DNA from: a virus
Taxonomy: Duplodnaviria; Caudoviricetes
IMG/VR virus record: IMGVR_UViG_3300044613_003466
Coordinates: 1 to 53,303 of that record
Length of the DNA: 53,303 nucleotides
Strand: one strand, 5' to 3'
Within the stretch, counting starts at the first letter, position 1. Each line of letters starts with the position of its first letter. A model generated the notes under the pieces. The model ran no database searches and was not told the origin of the DNA. It worked only from the letters and a program-made list of their open reading frames with translations. Shown here in pieces: positions 26,658 to 34,882 of the stretch. Position numbers and translations under genes: made by a program.

Positions 26658-27472
26658 AAATCGCCGACTACCACCGCCACCCAGCCTGGTCCCCAACGGC
26701 GCTCAAATGCGCCGCGACCGAAACCATGGCGGTATTCAATCACCGGTTTGGCCCTGGTGCCGCGCCGTTTGTTCCGTCCGATGACATGAATAAAGGCAGT
26801 TTGGTTGACTGCTTGCTAACGCCTCCATTTTGCATTGACGAGATGTTTGCTGTCTACGAAAATGTAGACAAGCGCACCAAAGAAGGGAAGGCTAACTGTG
26901 CCGAAGCCGCAGAAAAAGGGCTTACCGTTATCAGCTTAGCATGGCTTGCAAATGCCGAAGCAATTGTCAAAGTTCTCAAAGCTGATCCTGACATCGGCCC
27001 GGTCCTGGACAAACTAACCAAAGCGGCCTGCCAAGTTCCACACTTTTGGAACGATGAGGCCGGCCGCCCTTGTCGGATGCTGCCTGACATCATAACGATT
27101 GACGGCTGTCTTTATGATGTCAAAAAAAGCCGATCTGCCAAGCAAAAAAAATTCTATTGGCAGGCTATGGATCTTGGATATGACTTACAAATGTCACACC
27201 TTGATCTCGGCTTTAAGGATAAATACGGTCGCCCCCCCGAAGAGATTGGCGTCATTGCTTTCGAGTGGGAAACCCCGCATGATTGCACCTTGCTAATTCT
27301 TGATCAAGACGACATCGCCCTAGGTCTTGAAAAACGCGAGGGAGCCTTCCGCCGTATTGCTGAATGCCAGGCTTCTGGCATCTGGCCCAGCTATGGGCGG
27401 CAATCTTTCCGACCGGAACGCGCCAGCGTTGCGCCATTAACCATTGATCCCGATTCTATTGAGCTTTTCTGA
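26654..27472 (+). CDS. RecE/DUF3799-like PD-(D/E)XK exonuclease
   Basis: YH...S.T.LK, CRMLPD...YDVKK, GYDLQ, C...G.WPSY. Confidence 0.85.
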   Translation: MKIADYHRHPAWSPTALKCAATETMAVFNHRFGPGAAPFVPSDDMNKGSLVDCLLTPPFCIDEMFAVYENVDKRTKEGKANCAEAAEKGLTVISLAWLANAEAIVKVLKADPDIGPVLDKLTKAACQVPHFWNDEAGRPCRMLPDIITIDGCLYDVKKSRSAKQKKFYWQAMDLGYDLQMSHLDLGFKDKYGRPPEEIGVIAFEWETPHDCTLLILDQDDIALGLEKREGAFRRIAECQASGIWPSYGRQSFRPERASVAPLTIDPDSIELF

Positions 27473-28449
27473 TGACTTCCTCAGCACTTGCAACACGCGA
27501 CGACAGCGACGACCTTAGGGTATTTTCCCTGGATGGATTTGAAATGGCCCAAAGAATGGCCAAGTCTTTGGCGTCTTCTACTTTGGTGCCGAAAATATAC
27601 CAGGGACAGGACGGCCTGGCCAACTGCCTGATTGCATTAGAGCTTGCCAGCAGGCTAAAAGTTTCTCCAATGGTGGTCATGCAAAACATGGTTCCCATTT
27701 ATGGCCGACCATCATGGAGTAGCCAGTTCTTGATTGGCACGGTAAACGCTTGCGGCAGGTTCTCGCCGTTGCGTTATATCTTCGACAATGAAGATGAGCC
27801 TACTTCTTGCTATTGCGAGGCTAAAGATCTTGCTTCTGGCGAAGTCCTGAGAGGTGAAAAAATCACCATTGCCATGGCCAAGGCTCAGGGTTGGTGGAGC
27901 CGCAAAGACTCAAAAACAGGCGCAGAAACCAGCAAATGGCCCACTATGACCGGCCAGATGTTGCGGTTTCGCGCTGCATCGTGGTGGGTGCGGGTGTTCT
28001 GCCCTGAGATTTCCCTGGGCCTTGGCACACAGGAGGAAGCCATCGACGTAGAGGCGGTCGCCGTGGCTGAAGTGCCAGCGGCAGCTATTGCCCCTGCAGT
28101 CCCCGCCCCCCTGACGCACCGGGCCGAGGAAGTGGTTGAAGCCCTCACCCCTGAACCAGAGCCCCAGGCCCCAAATTCCGAAGCGCCGCACAGCTCCCCG
28201 AACTTAGGGCCCAGCTCCTTGACTTTGGAAGCCACCAGCACTTCAGAGCAGCCCGCCCCGGCCACCGAACCTGGCACGGCTCAGCGGCTGCCGGTGGGGC
28301 GAACCATCGTGGCTGCCGATCCCCAGTCAGCACCCGCGCCCACCACTGCAGCACCTGCAGCTGGCCGTCGGTCCGCCCCTGCCCCGGTCCGCAGGTCCGC
28401 CCCTGGTGCTGCGCCTGCTGCTGACGCCCCGATCCCTGGCCTGGATTGA
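27472..28449 (+). CDS. RecT-like single-strand annealing recombinase
   Basis: LVP..YQG..ANC.IA.E.A...P..VMQN...GRPSWSS...W......SKW..M..QMLR.RA; follows the exonuclease. Confidence 0.8.
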   Translation: MTSSALATRDDSDDLRVFSLDGFEMAQRMAKSLASSTLVPKIYQGQDGLANCLIALELASRLKVSPMVVMQNMVPIYGRPSWSSQFLIGTVNACGRFSPLRYIFDNEDEPTSCYCEAKDLASGEVLRGEKITIAMAKAQGWWSRKDSKTGAETSKWPTMTGQMLRFRAASWWVRVFCPEISLGLGTQEEAIDVEAVAVAEVPAAAIAPAVPAPLTHRAEEVVEALTPEPEPQAPNSEAPHSSPNLGPSSLTLEATSTSEQPAPATEPGTAQRLPVGRTIVAADPQSAPAPTTAAPAAGRRSAPAPVRRSAPGAAPAADAPIPGLD

Positions 28450-28488
28450 TCACTGTCCCATCCCGTCGAATCCCATCGAATCCCCCCT

Positions 28489-29175
28489 ATGAATCGGCTC
28501 ACTTTGCTGGCCTACATCACGTCGCCGCCGGCACTCTCTACCCCTCCCGCTGGTGGCCAACGCCAGGCATCCTTCACCGTTGAGATCACCCCCTATAAAC
28601 AAACAGACCCCCCGATGCCGCTGCAAGTGACGGCCTGGGGCGAGCGTGCGCCCGACGTGATGGCAAACCTCACGCAGGACTCCTGGGCGATCGTCGCCGG
28701 CCGGCTCAGGATCGAGCAGCGCAAGCCGCCGGAGTTTCAGCTAGAGGACTTCTATCGGGTCGCCATGCCCCTCGATCGCCCCGGCGTTAATTCCGTTGCC
28801 CTGGCAGGCAGGGCCGGCCGCGACCCTGAGGTCAGCTACTTTGAGTCGGGCGTCATGGTTGCCAAATTCACCCTGGCCGTAAACCGCCGCAGCCGGGACG
28901 ATAAGCCCGACTGGTTTCCGCTAGAGATCTGGGGCCAGCAAGCCCAGGTCGCTGCCGACTACGTGCGCAAGGGCTCATTGCTGGGCATCACCGGATCGTT
29001 CAAGCTCGACCGCTGGATCGACCGCACCACCGGAGAGGAGCGCAGCAAGCCGGTGATCACAGTTGACCGTCTGGAGCTGCTGGGCAGCAAACGCGACGCC
29101 GAAGGTGGAGCCGGGGCAGGTGGGTATTCGGCCCCTGGTTACGGCGGCCAATCAGACGAGGAGGTCCCTTTCTGA
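28489..29175 (+). CDS. ssb: Single-stranded DNA-binding protein with tandem OB folds
   Basis: NSVALAGRAGRDPEV.YFESG..VAKFTLAV, acidic DEEVPF tail; extra N-terminal OB-like half. Confidence 0.85.
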   Translation: MNRLTLLAYITSPPALSTPPAGGQRQASFTVEITPYKQTDPPMPLQVTAWGERAPDVMANLTQDSWAIVAGRLRIEQRKPPEFQLEDFYRVAMPLDRPGVNSVALAGRAGRDPEVSYFESGVMVAKFTLAVNRRSRDDKPDWFPLEIWGQQAQVAADYVRKGSLLGITGSFKLDRWIDRTTGEERSKPVITVDRLELLGSKRDAEGGAGAGGYSAPGYGGQSDEEVPF

Positions 29176-29819
29176 TGGGACTCTTCACCTGGATCAACGG
29201 GCTTTTACAGCCCCAGAAAGGCACGATCAGGGTCAATGGCGGCTACCAGCCTTGCTCCCACGGGGGCACGCCGAACCCGCCCTCCAGCGATTTTGACGAC
29301 CATCTTGACCGCGAGATCACTCGCCGCCGGGGTTTCAACCCTCCCTGCGGAGGTGGTGAGATCACGAGGGCTCAGTGGGAAGCCATGCGCACGACTTTCA
29401 CTGAAGGCGCCGTGCAACGAGGCAACGGCAACGGCGGCCCTGTCACCCCCAAGCCGCCGATCAAACCCCAGCCCACTGGTGGGCGGCTGATTTATGTCGA
29501 CCGCGATCCTGGCCCGGCTGAGATGCCGAGCGACGAGCTGATGGAGCGATGGAAGCGGGCTGCGATTGCTAAGTACCTGAACGACGGCGAGCACATCTGG
29601 CGCACGGCCGCCCTGCTGGCCTTTGCCGAGGGCCGGCGCCAGGCTCAATCCCTCCAGCTCCCACCGCCTGGCACCGATCCGGTGGCGACGGATGAGAAGC
29701 TGATGGATGTGTGGCAGCAGGGGGCCCTCTCGTTTAACGACGCACGCCGCGCCATATACGACCGTGGCCGTGCAGACGAGCGCACCGCCATTCTTCGGGC
29801 GCTGGGGGTGAAGCCATGA
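29175..29819 (+). CDS. Hypothetical phage protein
   Basis: VQRGNGNGGP.TPKP.IKPQP motif; overlapping run. Confidence 0.55.
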   Translation: MGLFTWINGLLQPQKGTIRVNGGYQPCSHGGTPNPPSSDFDDHLDREITRRRGFNPPCGGGEITRAQWEAMRTTFTEGAVQRGNGNGGPVTPKPPIKPQPTGGRLIYVDRDPGPAEMPSDELMERWKRAAIAKYLNDGEHIWRTAALLAFAEGRRQAQSLQLPPPGTDPVATDEKLMDVWQQGALSFNDARRAIYDRGRADERTAILRALGVKP

Positions 29820-30130
29820 AAGCCGCTGAGTTTGCTTGTTGCGCCGATCAAGCCCGCGAGTTGGGGCTGACGGTAGGTGACACAATTCAAGGCCGCCAGG
29901 ATGTTGGCGAAGGCTGGAGCGAGGCCCGAATCACACTGCTTTGGTTGGGCACGACCCAAGCAGTGTGGATTGTCAGCGGTCGCACAAGCCGTAACCGTTC
30001 AAGATTCGAGCGCGGCTGGTCATCTCCCCATGAGTCCGCAAACTGGGATTTGCACTGCCGAGATTGGAAGCGGGTTGCTACTCCGCCGGAGCACGCCGTC
30101 TTACTAGCGGCGCTGGGGGTGGATCCGTGA
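29816..30130 (+). CDS. Hypothetical phage protein
   Basis: ADQARELGL.VGDTI.GR...W.EAR.TLLWLG motif. Confidence 0.6.
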   Translation: MKAAEFACCADQARELGLTVGDTIQGRQDVGEGWSEARITLLWLGTTQAVWIVSGRTSRNRSRFERGWSSPHESANWDLHCRDWKRVATPPEHAVLLAALGVDP

Positions 30131-30535
30131 CCGGCTCCTTCTACCTCCCCCGACCACTCCGGCAGGGGGGCAATGTCTCCATCGTCATGCAGCACGACCC
30201 TGCTCACCTTCCGCATTGGCCAGGCATCGTGGCAACGCCAACCAAGGGACGCTTTGGTCGTCTGTGCTGGTTTAACTCGGAGCCATCGGAGCAGTCTTGG
30301 GGTCGCATTTGGTGGAGCAACCGATGACCCCAACCCTTCGCACCCTCACTCGCTGGCTGACCCTTCGACCACTAAGGCCACCAGTCCCGAGCAACCCCTA
30401 TCTAAACGCCATGAGCGGCGGCAGCCTGATTGCCGGGGTTGCTTTTGTTTTTGATGCCAATGCGATTGGATTTGTTTTTGGCATTTTGACCTGCATTTGC
30501 GCTGCTCTGACTATTTATCACGCGAGGTTTCAACC

Positions 30536-31555
30536 ATGACCACTTTTGATTCCAGTCAAGCCGGCTTTGAGTTTGCTGTGAAGTTTGTCCGCGCTCAAAA
30601 CAAACGGGCCCTATTCGATAGTGCCACAGTCGCATTAGCCGAGCTGGCAAGGATTGACGCCCAGCCTCCAGCAACTGCAGCAGCTAAACCGACAGCAGAC
30701 CTAATCCCGCTGGCGTTTATTCCTGCCGGCAGTTTTCTGATGGGTTCGCCCGAGCACGAGCCTCACCGATTAAACACTGAAGGCCCCCAGCATGAGGTAA
30801 CACTGGCCGCCTTCTGGATGGCCCAGACACCGATTACTCAGGCACAGTGGCGCACGGTTGCAAGTTGGCCACGGGTCGAACGCGACCTAGGCCTTGATCC
30901 CTCGCGCTTTAAGGGCGATAATCGTCCAGTGGAGCAGGTGAGCTGGCACGATGCAATGGAATTTTGCTATCGCCTCAGCCAGGGCACCGGCAATAACTAC
31001 ACCCTGCCAAGCGAAGCCCAGTGGGAGTACGCCTGCCGAGCTGGCAGCACCACATCGTTTCATTTTGGGCCCACGATTAGCACGGAGGTGGCAAATTACG
31101 ACGGTAAATACATCTATGGCCAGGGCTCGAGGGGCATCTACCGCCAGCAGACCATCGATGTAGCCAGCTTCCCGCCCAATGCCTGGGACCTGCAGGACAT
31201 GCACGGCAATGTCTGGGAGTGGTGCCTTGATGGATGGCACGACAGCTACGGGGGGGCGCCAGTGGACGGTAGCGCCTGGATGGAGGGCGACAGCCTGGGA
31301 AAGCGCTGCGCGGCGGGTCGTGGATCAACAAACCCGCGAGCTGCCGCTCGGCCTCCCGCCTCAACAACCACCCGGACTCCCGCTACTCCAACATCGGTTT
31401 CCGCGTCTGTTGCCTCCCCTAAGCGCCGGCTGCTGCGCGGCGGGTCGTGGTCCGACGGCCCCGCCGACTGCCGCTCGGCCTTCCGCTTCGGCGTCCGCCC
31501 GGTCGCCCGCAGCAGCTTCATCGGTTTCCGCGTCTGTTGCCTCCCCCAGGGCTAA
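30536..31555 (+). CDS. FGE-sulfatase (C-type lectin fold) protein, DGR target-like
   Basis: IPAGSFLMGSP, PITQAQW, PVEQVSW, LPSEAQWEYACRAG, DMHGNVWEWC, RGGSW...CRSA...GFRV. Confidence 0.9.
   Translation: MTTFDSSQAGFEFAVKFVRAQNKRALFDSATVALAELARIDAQPPATAAAKPTADLIPLAFIPAGSFLMGSPEHEPHRLNTEGPQHEVTLAAFWMAQTPITQAQWRTVASWPRVERDLGLDPSRFKGDNRPVEQVSWHDAMEFCYRLSQGTGNNYTLPSEAQWEYACRAGSTTSFHFGPTISTEVANYDGKYIYGQGSRGIYRQQTIDVASFPPNAWDLQDMHGNVWEWCLDGWHDSYGGAPVDGSAWMEGDSLGKRCAAGRGSTNPRAAARPPASTTTRTPATPTSVSASVASPKRRLLRGGSWSDGPADCRSAFRFGVRPVARSSFIGFRVCCLPQG
31297..31303 (+). other. Candidate -1 frameshift heptamer G_GGA_AAG
   Basis: In-frame X XXY YYZ heptamer directly before VR1; GGAGG at 31282-31286, 10 nt upstream. 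Confidence 0.5.
31305..31419 (+). repeat. DGR-type variable repeat copy 1 (in the -1 frame, followed by TAA 31420-31422)
   Basis: 115-bp repeat of 31432-31546; encodes LRGGSWINKPASCRSASRLNNHPDSRYSNIGFRVCCLP. Confidence 0.9.
31432..31546 (+). repeat. DGR-type variable repeat copy 2 (in frame)
   Basis: Encodes LRGGSWSDGPADCRSAFRFGVRPVARSSFIGFRVCCLP; 24 mismatches to copy 1, 22 at codon positions 1-2. Confidence 0.9.
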
Positions 31556-31601
31556 TTCTTTACCCTTTCACCCTTTAATTCTTTGTCCTTGGCTGTTGAT
31601 T

Positions 31602-32162
31602 ATGAGTCCCCTTCCTCTTCCTTTCCAAACCTTAGACTGGCTCAACCATGCCGCCGATGCCGGTCAGCGTGACGCTCAGGTGCTACTGCACCTGATCGAC
31701 CGCGTCGATAAGCACGATCAAGATGTTGCAGTATTCGTGGACAGCTACTCCAAAACCATCGCCGCGCTCTGCCGCAGGCTGGATGCCCTGGAGCGTGGGG
31801 CCAACGATCTAACAGCAGCACCCGACCCTGTTGAGCCGGAAATCGAAATATGCGAAACATGCGACGGCGAAGGCACGATTGATGAACGCCTCGGCGGCAT
31901 TTCAACCTCAAACCCAGCCGCAACCTGCCCAGATTGTGATGGCGTTGGCAAGCCGCGCCGTTTTCATCGCCAACCACCAGCCGCACCAACGCCCCCGCCC
32001 ACTGAGCTGGTGGAAGTCGTCGGCAATGAACTCCCGTTACTGCCAGACGGGAGAGTTGACGAAGCTCGCACACGCGCCGCGATCAGGAAAATGGCGGACT
32101 GGCTCGACACGCAGGGGCACTATGCCAGCGCCAATGTTGTCCGCCGAGATCTTGACCGATGA
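31602..32162 (+). CDS. Hypothetical protein with DnaJ-type zinc finger
   Basis: CETCDGEG...CPDCDGVG. Confidence 0.65.
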   Translation: MSPLPLPFQTLDWLNHAADAGQRDAQVLLHLIDRVDKHDQDVAVFVDSYSKTIAALCRRLDALERGANDLTAAPDPVEPEIEICETCDGEGTIDERLGGISTSNPAATCPDCDGVGKPRRFHRQPPAAPTPPPTELVEVVGNELPLLPDGRVDEARTRAAIRKMADWLDTQGHYASANVVRRDLDR

Positions 32163-33733
32163 CCATGCCCGATCGAAACCAAATCACCCATCAACCCAGA
32201 ACCATGACCACTGATTCCGCTGACCGTGCATTGTCCCAACCCTTACCAGAAATTTCCGCAACCGGGGCGTTGACGGACATTCTGCGGGGGGCTCCAGCGC
32301 CTTCTGCACCCGCCGCCCCGCCATCCCCGGAGCCTAGGGAGGTGGCGGAGGTGGCCCAGTGGTTGCTCTCGATGCGCGAATTGGCCGGTGAGCACAACCC
32401 CGAGGAGCGGCGCCAATTCACCCGCGCCGCTACCCTGCTCCAGCGCTTGGCATTCCCTGCCTACTTGTTGGTGGTCGGTCGCCCGCCTGAGGGGGGTTTA
32501 GATCTGCTCAAGTCGCAGCCGGGCGATGTTCAGGTTTGCACTGCCGGGGTCAGCATTGAACCGCTGGGGGATGCGGCCCACCCCACATACCTAGACGCCA
32601 TTCGCCTAGCCCAGGGCTGCCACGATTACTCAGGCGGCCATAGCGGGACAGAGGGGGAGGCCTGGCATGGCGCCATTGATTTGGTTGTGGACGTGCTCAA
32701 GCGAGCGGCGGTTGGGCCCTGGGACGGCCAACTCAAGGCGGTGTATGGCGTTGGGATGGAGGCTCAGGCTGAGAAGGTGGAGGAGCTGGAGCCGGTGGCC
32801 GAGCTTGACGACCAACACCGCGAGGCGGTCCACCAAGCCGTAGCCGAGGCACTGGGCAGCGGAGCCTATGACTGCCTGCGCGTATGGGAGGCATGGGGCG
32901 TCGGGACCATGGGCCCAGATGATTTTGTGCCGGTGGCCGAAGACAGCGACCGCGTGGCTGAGATTGCAGATGCGGCCATTGAAGCGATCCGGGCGATCCC
33001 CCTGCCAGCGCCGGAGGTGGGGGAGACGGGGGAAGTAGCGGAGTTGGTGGCTTTACTGAAAATTGCGGGCCGATGGGCTACTTCTACCGGCGTGCATCTT
33101 GACCGCTTTGCCGCATTGTTCGATCAGCAGGAGGCCGAGCTGGCCGCCCTGCGGGCCGTGCCGGTGGCGGTGAGCGAGCGGCTGCGGGTTGTTAAAGCCG
33201 GCATCAGCGCCGGCTACAACCTGGGCCACCACCACACCGTTGAGGGCAGCTGGGGTGATCCTGATGATGTGGCCGACGACATTGCGCAAGAAACTCTCAA
33301 TGACATTGGCCTACCCCCAGCGCCTCAGTGCCTTATCGCCCGCATGGCTGCTGAGCTGGACCATTTACAGCCACTGCCAGCCTTCCCGCCCATCACATCC
33401 CACCCCCTCGCCATAGAGGCCCGCGCACTGCTGAGGGGCGGCCCTACCACTATTCCAGCGCCCCAGGCTGGGGAGGGGGCCGTGGCGGAGCCGGTGGCTG
33501 AATGCCCACATTGCGGCTATGAGGGCGAGATGGTGCCAGCGCCCCAGGCTGGGGATGTGGCGTTAGCGGGCGACCGGCGATCAGCGGAATCGCTGCAGCT
33601 AGCCCACGAAAGTTGCCGTTCACACGGCGACTGCCCAGATAGTGAAATCTGTTGGCTGGATATGCTGCCCTGTTCTCATTACGAAAACTGTGCCACCCCG
33701 CCAGCGCCCCAGGCTGGGGAGGTGGAGGCGTGA
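32159..33733 (+). CDS. Mosaic multi-module phage protein
   Basis: 524 aa punctuated by repeated PAPQAGE linkers. Confidence 0.6.
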   Translation: MTMPDRNQITHQPRTMTTDSADRALSQPLPEISATGALTDILRGAPAPSAPAAPPSPEPREVAEVAQWLLSMRELAGEHNPEERRQFTRAATLLQRLAFPAYLLVVGRPPEGGLDLLKSQPGDVQVCTAGVSIEPLGDAAHPTYLDAIRLAQGCHDYSGGHSGTEGEAWHGAIDLVVDVLKRAAVGPWDGQLKAVYGVGMEAQAEKVEELEPVAELDDQHREAVHQAVAEALGSGAYDCLRVWEAWGVGTMGPDDFVPVAEDSDRVAEIADAAIEAIRAIPLPAPEVGETGEVAELVALLKIAGRWATSTGVHLDRFAALFDQQEAELAALRAVPVAVSERLRVVKAGISAGYNLGHHHTVEGSWGDPDDVADDIAQETLNDIGLPPAPQCLIARMAAELDHLQPLPAFPPITSHPLAIEARALLRGGPTTIPAPQAGEGAVAEPVAECPHCGYEGEMVPAPQAGDVALAGDRRSAESLQLAHESCRSHGDCPDSEICWLDMLPCSHYENCATPPAPQAGEVEA

Positions 33734-33999
33734 TGTTAGTTCAAATTCCAACACTGGCCGACGCTTATTTTTCAATCGCAAAATGGGCTTATTGGCGTTA
33801 CGCAAGGGGAATGGTGGCCAGCAATAGAAAGCCGGTCGGCGTGCCAGGCAACCGGGACCCAGACAGCCCCTGCCCGGCATTTGAGCCCCGACCCCGCAAG
33901 CTGGAAGACTTTGCCGATTGCGAAACAGATGGACATTACCTGTGCTCTGAGTGCTGCCACAGAATGTCAGCGCCGGTATGGGGGGAGGTGGAGGCGTGA
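33733..33999 (+). CDS. Small Cys-rich protein
   Basis: RDPDSPC..F.P...DCETDGHYLCSEC; ends EVEA. Confidence 0.6.
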   Translation: MLVQIPTLADAYFSIAKWAYWRYARGMVASNRKPVGVPGNRDPDSPCPAFEPRPRKLEDFADCETDGHYLCSECCHRMSAPVWGEVEA

Positions 34000-34397
34000 G
34001 CTGCGATTGCGACTGTGAACAACCCGCCGTTTACCGACCGAACATCCAACGCGCCAGGAAAGCTCACGCCTGTTACGAGTGCTCTGGCCCGATTACCCCT
34101 GGCGATTCTCACGAGTACGTCTTCGGCGTTTGGGACGGTGAACCCGGATCGTTCAGAACATGCTGCCATTGCCTGGAGCTGCGTGCGTGGGTCACCGAAG
34201 CGGCCGACTGCTGGGCCTGCCACAGCGAGCTAGTCGAAATTGCCAGGGAAGAACTGCGCAACATGAGCGGTCCCAGGACTCCCGAAGTGCGTCAACAATG
34301 GTGGCAAGGCGCGCGGCTTTTCATCCAGGCCAGGCGACGGATGGAGACTTCCAGGGAGGCTCGGCGGCTGCGAAAGGCTGGGGAGGTGGAGGCGTGA
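33996..34397 (+). CDS. Zn-binding phage protein
   Basis: RARK.H.C.EC...I.PG..YE...G.WDG......C..C; ends EVEA. Confidence 0.7.
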   Translation: MSCDCDCEQPAVYRPNIQRARKAHACYECSGPITPGDSHEYVFGVWDGEPGSFRTCCHCLELRAWVTEAADCWACHSELVEIAREELRNMSGPRTPEVRQQWWQGARLFIQARRRMETSREARRLRKAGEVEA

Positions 34398-34663
34398 TCG
34401 TCCCAACTGCCGTTGCGGTTTTGCGCGAAATTGCGGCGATGCACTCCGAAGGTGTGGCGACGTTGCGGGCCAACACCCTCGCCGAGCGGCTTTGGCCTGA
34501 GGGTCGTCGCCAAAATTCCAAGGGCCAGGTGTTTCACTTGGGCGCCAGTGTGGCGGCGCAGTTGTTGCGAAGGTGCCCGGCTGTACGCGAAAAAGAGTCA
34601 AGGCTGTGGGAAATCCTGCCCCACAGGCTGCCAGCGCCCCAGGTCAAGGAGGTGGAGGCGTGA
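34394..34663 (+). CDS. Hypothetical protein
   Basis: GTG in the linker repeat; ends EVEA. Confidence 0.55.
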   Translation: MIVPTAVAVLREIAAMHSEGVATLRANTLAERLWPEGRRQNSKGQVFHLGASVAAQLLRRCPAVREKESRLWEILPHRLPAPQVKEVEA

Positions 34664-34848
34664 AAACCAAGGAACAAAAACTCAGGACCGCGATGAAAGC
34701 AGCCCGTGAATTTATCAACCGGAGCGAGCTTCTGTTGGCCTATTGGGAAGCAGGCGGCGCAAGCCTGACCGGCACGGCCCCATCTGGTGCTGTTCGACGT
34801 GCATCTATGGAGCTGACCAGATCGCTCTCTGAATACAGGAAACCTTGA
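34660..34848 (+). CDS. Hypothetical protein
   Basis: GTG in the linker repeat; SGAVRRASMELTRSL. Confidence 0.55.
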   Translation: MKTKEQKLRTAMKAAREFINRSELLLAYWEAGGASLTGTAPSGAVRRASMELTRSLSEYRKP

Positions 34849-34882
34849 GCACCCCCAAGACCACCCTCACCCCTGACCCCCA

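Larger units (their letters stand above)
33005..34663 (+). repeat. Dispersed linker repeat CCAGCGCCCCAGGCTGGGGAGGTGGAGGCGTGA (7 full or partial copies)
   Basis: Copies at about 33005, 33455, 33536, 33701, 33967, 34375 and 34631. Confidence 0.85.

Noticed and set aside
31305-31419. Copy 1 as the DGR template repeat of a complete DGR
   Set aside because: Nine of the 24 mismatches are at non-A positions in copy 1, and no RT or Avd gene is visible
30536-31555. True formylglycine-generating enzyme activity
   Set aside because: No sulfatase context, and the variable C-terminus fits a CLec ligand-binding scaffold
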